A stretch of 38,501 nt of DNA from Promethearchaeia archaeon. GTDB taxonomy: Archaea > Asgardarchaeota > Lokiarchaeia > Sigyniarchaeales > SOKP01. Shown here one piece after another: positions 36,328-38,501 of this stretch. How positions within the stretch are numbered: the first letter of the stretch is position 1; each line of letters starts with the position of its first letter. The position numbers and the translations under genes are program-made. The stretch covers positions 1-38,501 of the forward strand of contig JAHQWJ010000056.1 of NCBI GenBank assembly GCA_029856125.1, in the 5' to 3' direction. A model generated the notes under the pieces. It was not told the DNA's origin, ran no database searches, and saw only the letters and a program-made list of their open reading frames with translations.

Positions 36328-37089
36328 TTAATGATTATGACCCATGACACTCATGGTTAAGACCATTACCGTTACTCCTAATAGGATTAAAATTAATTGT
36401 TGTACTGAGTGCTTTAATCCCCACTTTTGATGTAACTCCGGTGTTAAATCTGATAATGCAATGTATAAAAAACTTGCTGCTGAAATTGCTAGGGCGTAAG
36501 GCACGATAAATGATATTTCTCCTAAAATGAAAAAGCTAACTATTGCTGCTGGAATTGTTGTTATACTTGATAGTGTGTTAAGAATAAAAGCTTTCTTTTT
36601 TGAATAACCACCATGTAAAAGGATTCCAAAATCTCCTGTCTCCTGTGGAACTTCGTGTGCAATTATCGCTAAACTTACGGATATTCCAACCGTAAAGTTT
36701 GTAAGAAAGCTCGCAGCAATGACGATTCCATCTATAAAATTATGAAAAGCATCACCAATCAAGACAATAGGACCAGCTGCTGCGTGAACATCGCAGTCCT
36801 CGTCAGCGCAATTTCGCCATATAATTATTTTTTCCAGGAAAAAGAAAAAAAGAATGCCACCTAAAACAAACGGCATTACAGTATGGGGTTCCCCCCCAGC
36901 ACTCTCTATTGCTTCAGGTATTAATCCATATAACGCTGCTGTGAGCAAAGTTCCAGTCGCAAACGAGATCAACATTGAAATGAGCGATTTTTGAGCTCTT
37001 TCCGTTAATAGTACAAAAAGAGCGGCTGCTGAAATAGCTCCAATACTACCTAAAATACTAAATAAAATTATCCATCCAAGAATGATAAT
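36328..37089 (-). CDS. ZIP-family zinc/metal transporter, probable ATT/ATC start
   Basis: FATGTLL, LIPEA, GDAFHNFIDG, AHEVPQE.GD, SFLYIALSDL.PELH. The frame extends 38 codons above ATG 36975 with TM1 (IIILGWIILFSILGSIGAISAAALFVLL). Confidence 0.9.
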   Translation of the reverse strand: MIILGWIILFSILGSIGAISAAALFVLLTERAQKSLISMLISFATGTLLTAALYGLIPEAIESAGGEPHTVMPFVLGGILFFFFLEKIIIWRNCADEDCDVHAAAGPIVLIGDAFHNFIDGIVIAASFLTNFTVGISVSLAIIAHEVPQETGDFGILLHGGYSKKKAFILNTLSSITTIPAAIVSFFILGEISFIVPYALAISAASFLYIALSDLTPELHQKWGLKHSVQQLILILLGVTVMVLTMSVMGHNH

Positions 37090-37125
37090 TACACCAAATT
37101 ATTAGATGATTTCAAAAATATAAAT

Positions 37126-37143
37126 TTTACGATCGATCGTAAA
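37126..37143. promoter_or_regulatory. Perfect 18-bp palindrome TTTACGATCGATCGTAAA abutting the TATA box of the ZIP-DtxR operon; candidate operator
   Basis: Self-complementary 18-mer immediately followed on the minus strand by ATTTATAT; function inferred. Confidence 0.6.
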
Positions 37144-37174
37144 TTTAAGTGCTTCCACTTGGGACTTAATTTAA

Positions 37175-37774
37175 TTATTCAGTTAATTCAGGAGAGAAGT
37201 ATATCTTATCGAACACTTGTGGCAAACTAGTCTTAATATTCCTTCTTGCTGTGAAAATAAATGCTAAGGCTATTACAGAACCTAACCCAAATTGGATTAT
37301 ACTGTTTAAAACAAATTCATATAGAGCACTAGGTATTCCATATATCATAACCTCGTAAAGAAAATATCCAATTATCATTATAAATCCCCCTACTATAACA
37401 GCAATAAAATCTCTGTAATTCCATTTATAATTCTTCTTTGGATTTGCTATTAATCCTACAAAAAAACCTTCTAAGCCTTTTATGACGAGTGTAGCAGGGG
37501 CATAAATTGTAAAACCTAAGAATAAATCGGCTAAAGAAGACCCTATACCTCCGGCAATACCTCCAATAATTGGTCCAAACATTAATCCAGTTATCATAAC
37601 AACAGCATCTCCAATATTTATAAAACCGTTAGTAGCGGGGATGGGAAATGCTATTACCATAGTAACCACACAAGTAAAAGCTCCAAAAATTCCAATCATA
37701 GACAATACGGTTAAGTTAGCGGGAAGTAAATATCCTAAAAAATTTGGTTTTCTTGATATGTTTTGACTATTCAT
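37175..37774 (-). CDS. ECF transporter substrate-binding (S) component
   Basis: IPIP-like FPIPATNGFINIGDA...FGP..G...GGIGSSLADL..G...YAPATLVIKGLEG. Confidence 0.9.
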   Translation of the reverse strand: MNSQNISRKPNFLGYLLPANLTVLSMIGIFGAFTCVVTMVIAFPIPATNGFINIGDAVVMITGLMFGPIIGGIAGGIGSSLADLFLGFTIYAPATLVIKGLEGFFVGLIANPKKNYKWNYRDFIAVIVGGFIMIIGYFLYEVMIYGIPSALYEFVLNSIIQFGLGSVIALAFIFTARRNIKTSLPQVFDKIYFSPELTE

Positions 37775-38005
37775 AATAACAATACAAGCACATAAGAGTT
37801 CAATGTTTTTCCAATTTATTATATGAAGAATCTATATTTATAATTTTTCTCTCGCGTTAAGCATGAGCTTGACGAAATTTGAGCAATACATAAAATGTTA
37901 AAGCGAATTTATTGAGAACAAGTTTGCCAATTACAATAAAGTTGAAATCTCTCGTTTCTTTAAATAATAAATATTAAAATTAATCGATTAGTATAATTTA
38001 TAATT

Positions 38006-38501
38006 ATGTTAATTTGTATAAATAGCTTAATTAAAACTGAAAGAGATTCAAAAGACATTTCGTTACTTCCGGTTCCTCTCTACTATAAGCTAACAGATAC
38101 TCAACTGTTGCAATTCAGTGGAAAGTCTTTAATTTTAACTGATATACTTAAAGAAGATTGGTTTGTTTTTGATCAGCTTTTAGATCATTTCCATCGTTAC
38201 GAAAAAGAATTTGAATTGGAGATACAGTCCGAAAAGAATTTGCAAAATACAGCAGAGAGCGATAAAGTGATTTCGAGTTTGTGCGAAAATTATTTCCCAA
38301 AACTAGATTTAAATAGCATTAAAAGAAATACAAACGCAATCGAACAAGGATACTTTCTTTTTTCTGAAGATTCTACAATGTACTTAAAAGCAGATTCTCT
38401 TCAAGGCATTTATTATGGTATCCAAACCATAATTCAGCTTCTAAATTCTACGAACTCAAAAAACTTACTCAGACAAGTAGCTATTATCGATTATCCTAGA
38501 T
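38006..38501 (+). CDS. Glycoside hydrolase family 20 (beta-N-acetylhexosaminidase), N-terminal domain; runs off window
   Basis: LLPVP...EQGYFL.......LKADSLQGIYYGIQTIIQLL.......V.IIDYPR matches GH20 domain 2; not in ORF track because no stop lies in the window. Confidence 0.85.
   Translation, partial: MLICINSLIKTERDSKDISLLPVPLYYKLTDTQLLQFSGKSLILTDILKEDWFVFDQLLDHFHRYEKEFELEIQSEKNLQNTAESDKVISSLCENYFPKLDLNSIKRNTNAIEQGYFLFSEDSTMYLKADSLQGIYYGIQTIIQLLNSTNSKNLLRQVAIIDYPR

Noticed and set aside
37775-38005. Possible vitamin riboswitch upstream of the ECF S component
   Set aside because: No TPP, FMN or cobalamin consensus elements seen on the minus strand; an Rfam scan would be needed to exclude it fully
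1-38501. CRISPR arrays, tRNA/rRNA genes, IS elements, integrases
   Set aside because: No regularly spaced repeats, GC-rich structured RNA segments or transposase/integrase motifs were found by eye

Overview
AT-rich archaeal chromosomal window, most consistent with an Asgard archaeon (Lokiarchaeia-like). The evidence is Lsm-rpl37e synteny, a Roadblock/LC7 protein, a ubiquitin-fold protein ending in GG, an EndA subunit, PINA and HycI. Most genes are housekeeping or metabolic: nadA, acyl-CoA ligase, sirtuin, SDR, PfkB kinase, ZIP and ECF transporters, and a GH20 gene. A decayed accessory patch lies at about 9.6-14.2 kb. No rRNA, tRNA, CRISPR array or IS element was recognised. Highlights: (1) several intact-looking genes have no in-frame ATG/GTG/TTG at their true N-terminus and appear to start at ACG, ATA or ATT. 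Two of these are absent from the ORF track: an 83-aa eukaryote-type ubiquitin-like protein (9322-9573) and a 79-aa acidic CxxC/CxxC protein (35627-35866). (2) A CorA-like 2-TM membrane protein is fused to an intact ADP-ribose-pyrophosphatase-type Nudix domain and sits head-to-head with nadA, making it a candidate ADP-ribose-sensing 'chanzyme'. (3) A co-oriented sirtuin / CoA-transferase-GNAT / ACT cluster looks like a lysine-acylation writer-eraser-sensor module. (4) Other oddities include an amidohydrolase-YjbQ fusion, a KH-less PINA coupled to a His-less EndA, a Roadblock-E1 gene pair, a tail-anchored long coiled coil and a perfect 18-bp operator-like palindrome before the ZIP-DtxR operon. 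All family assignments come from motif recognition by eye; no database searches were run.
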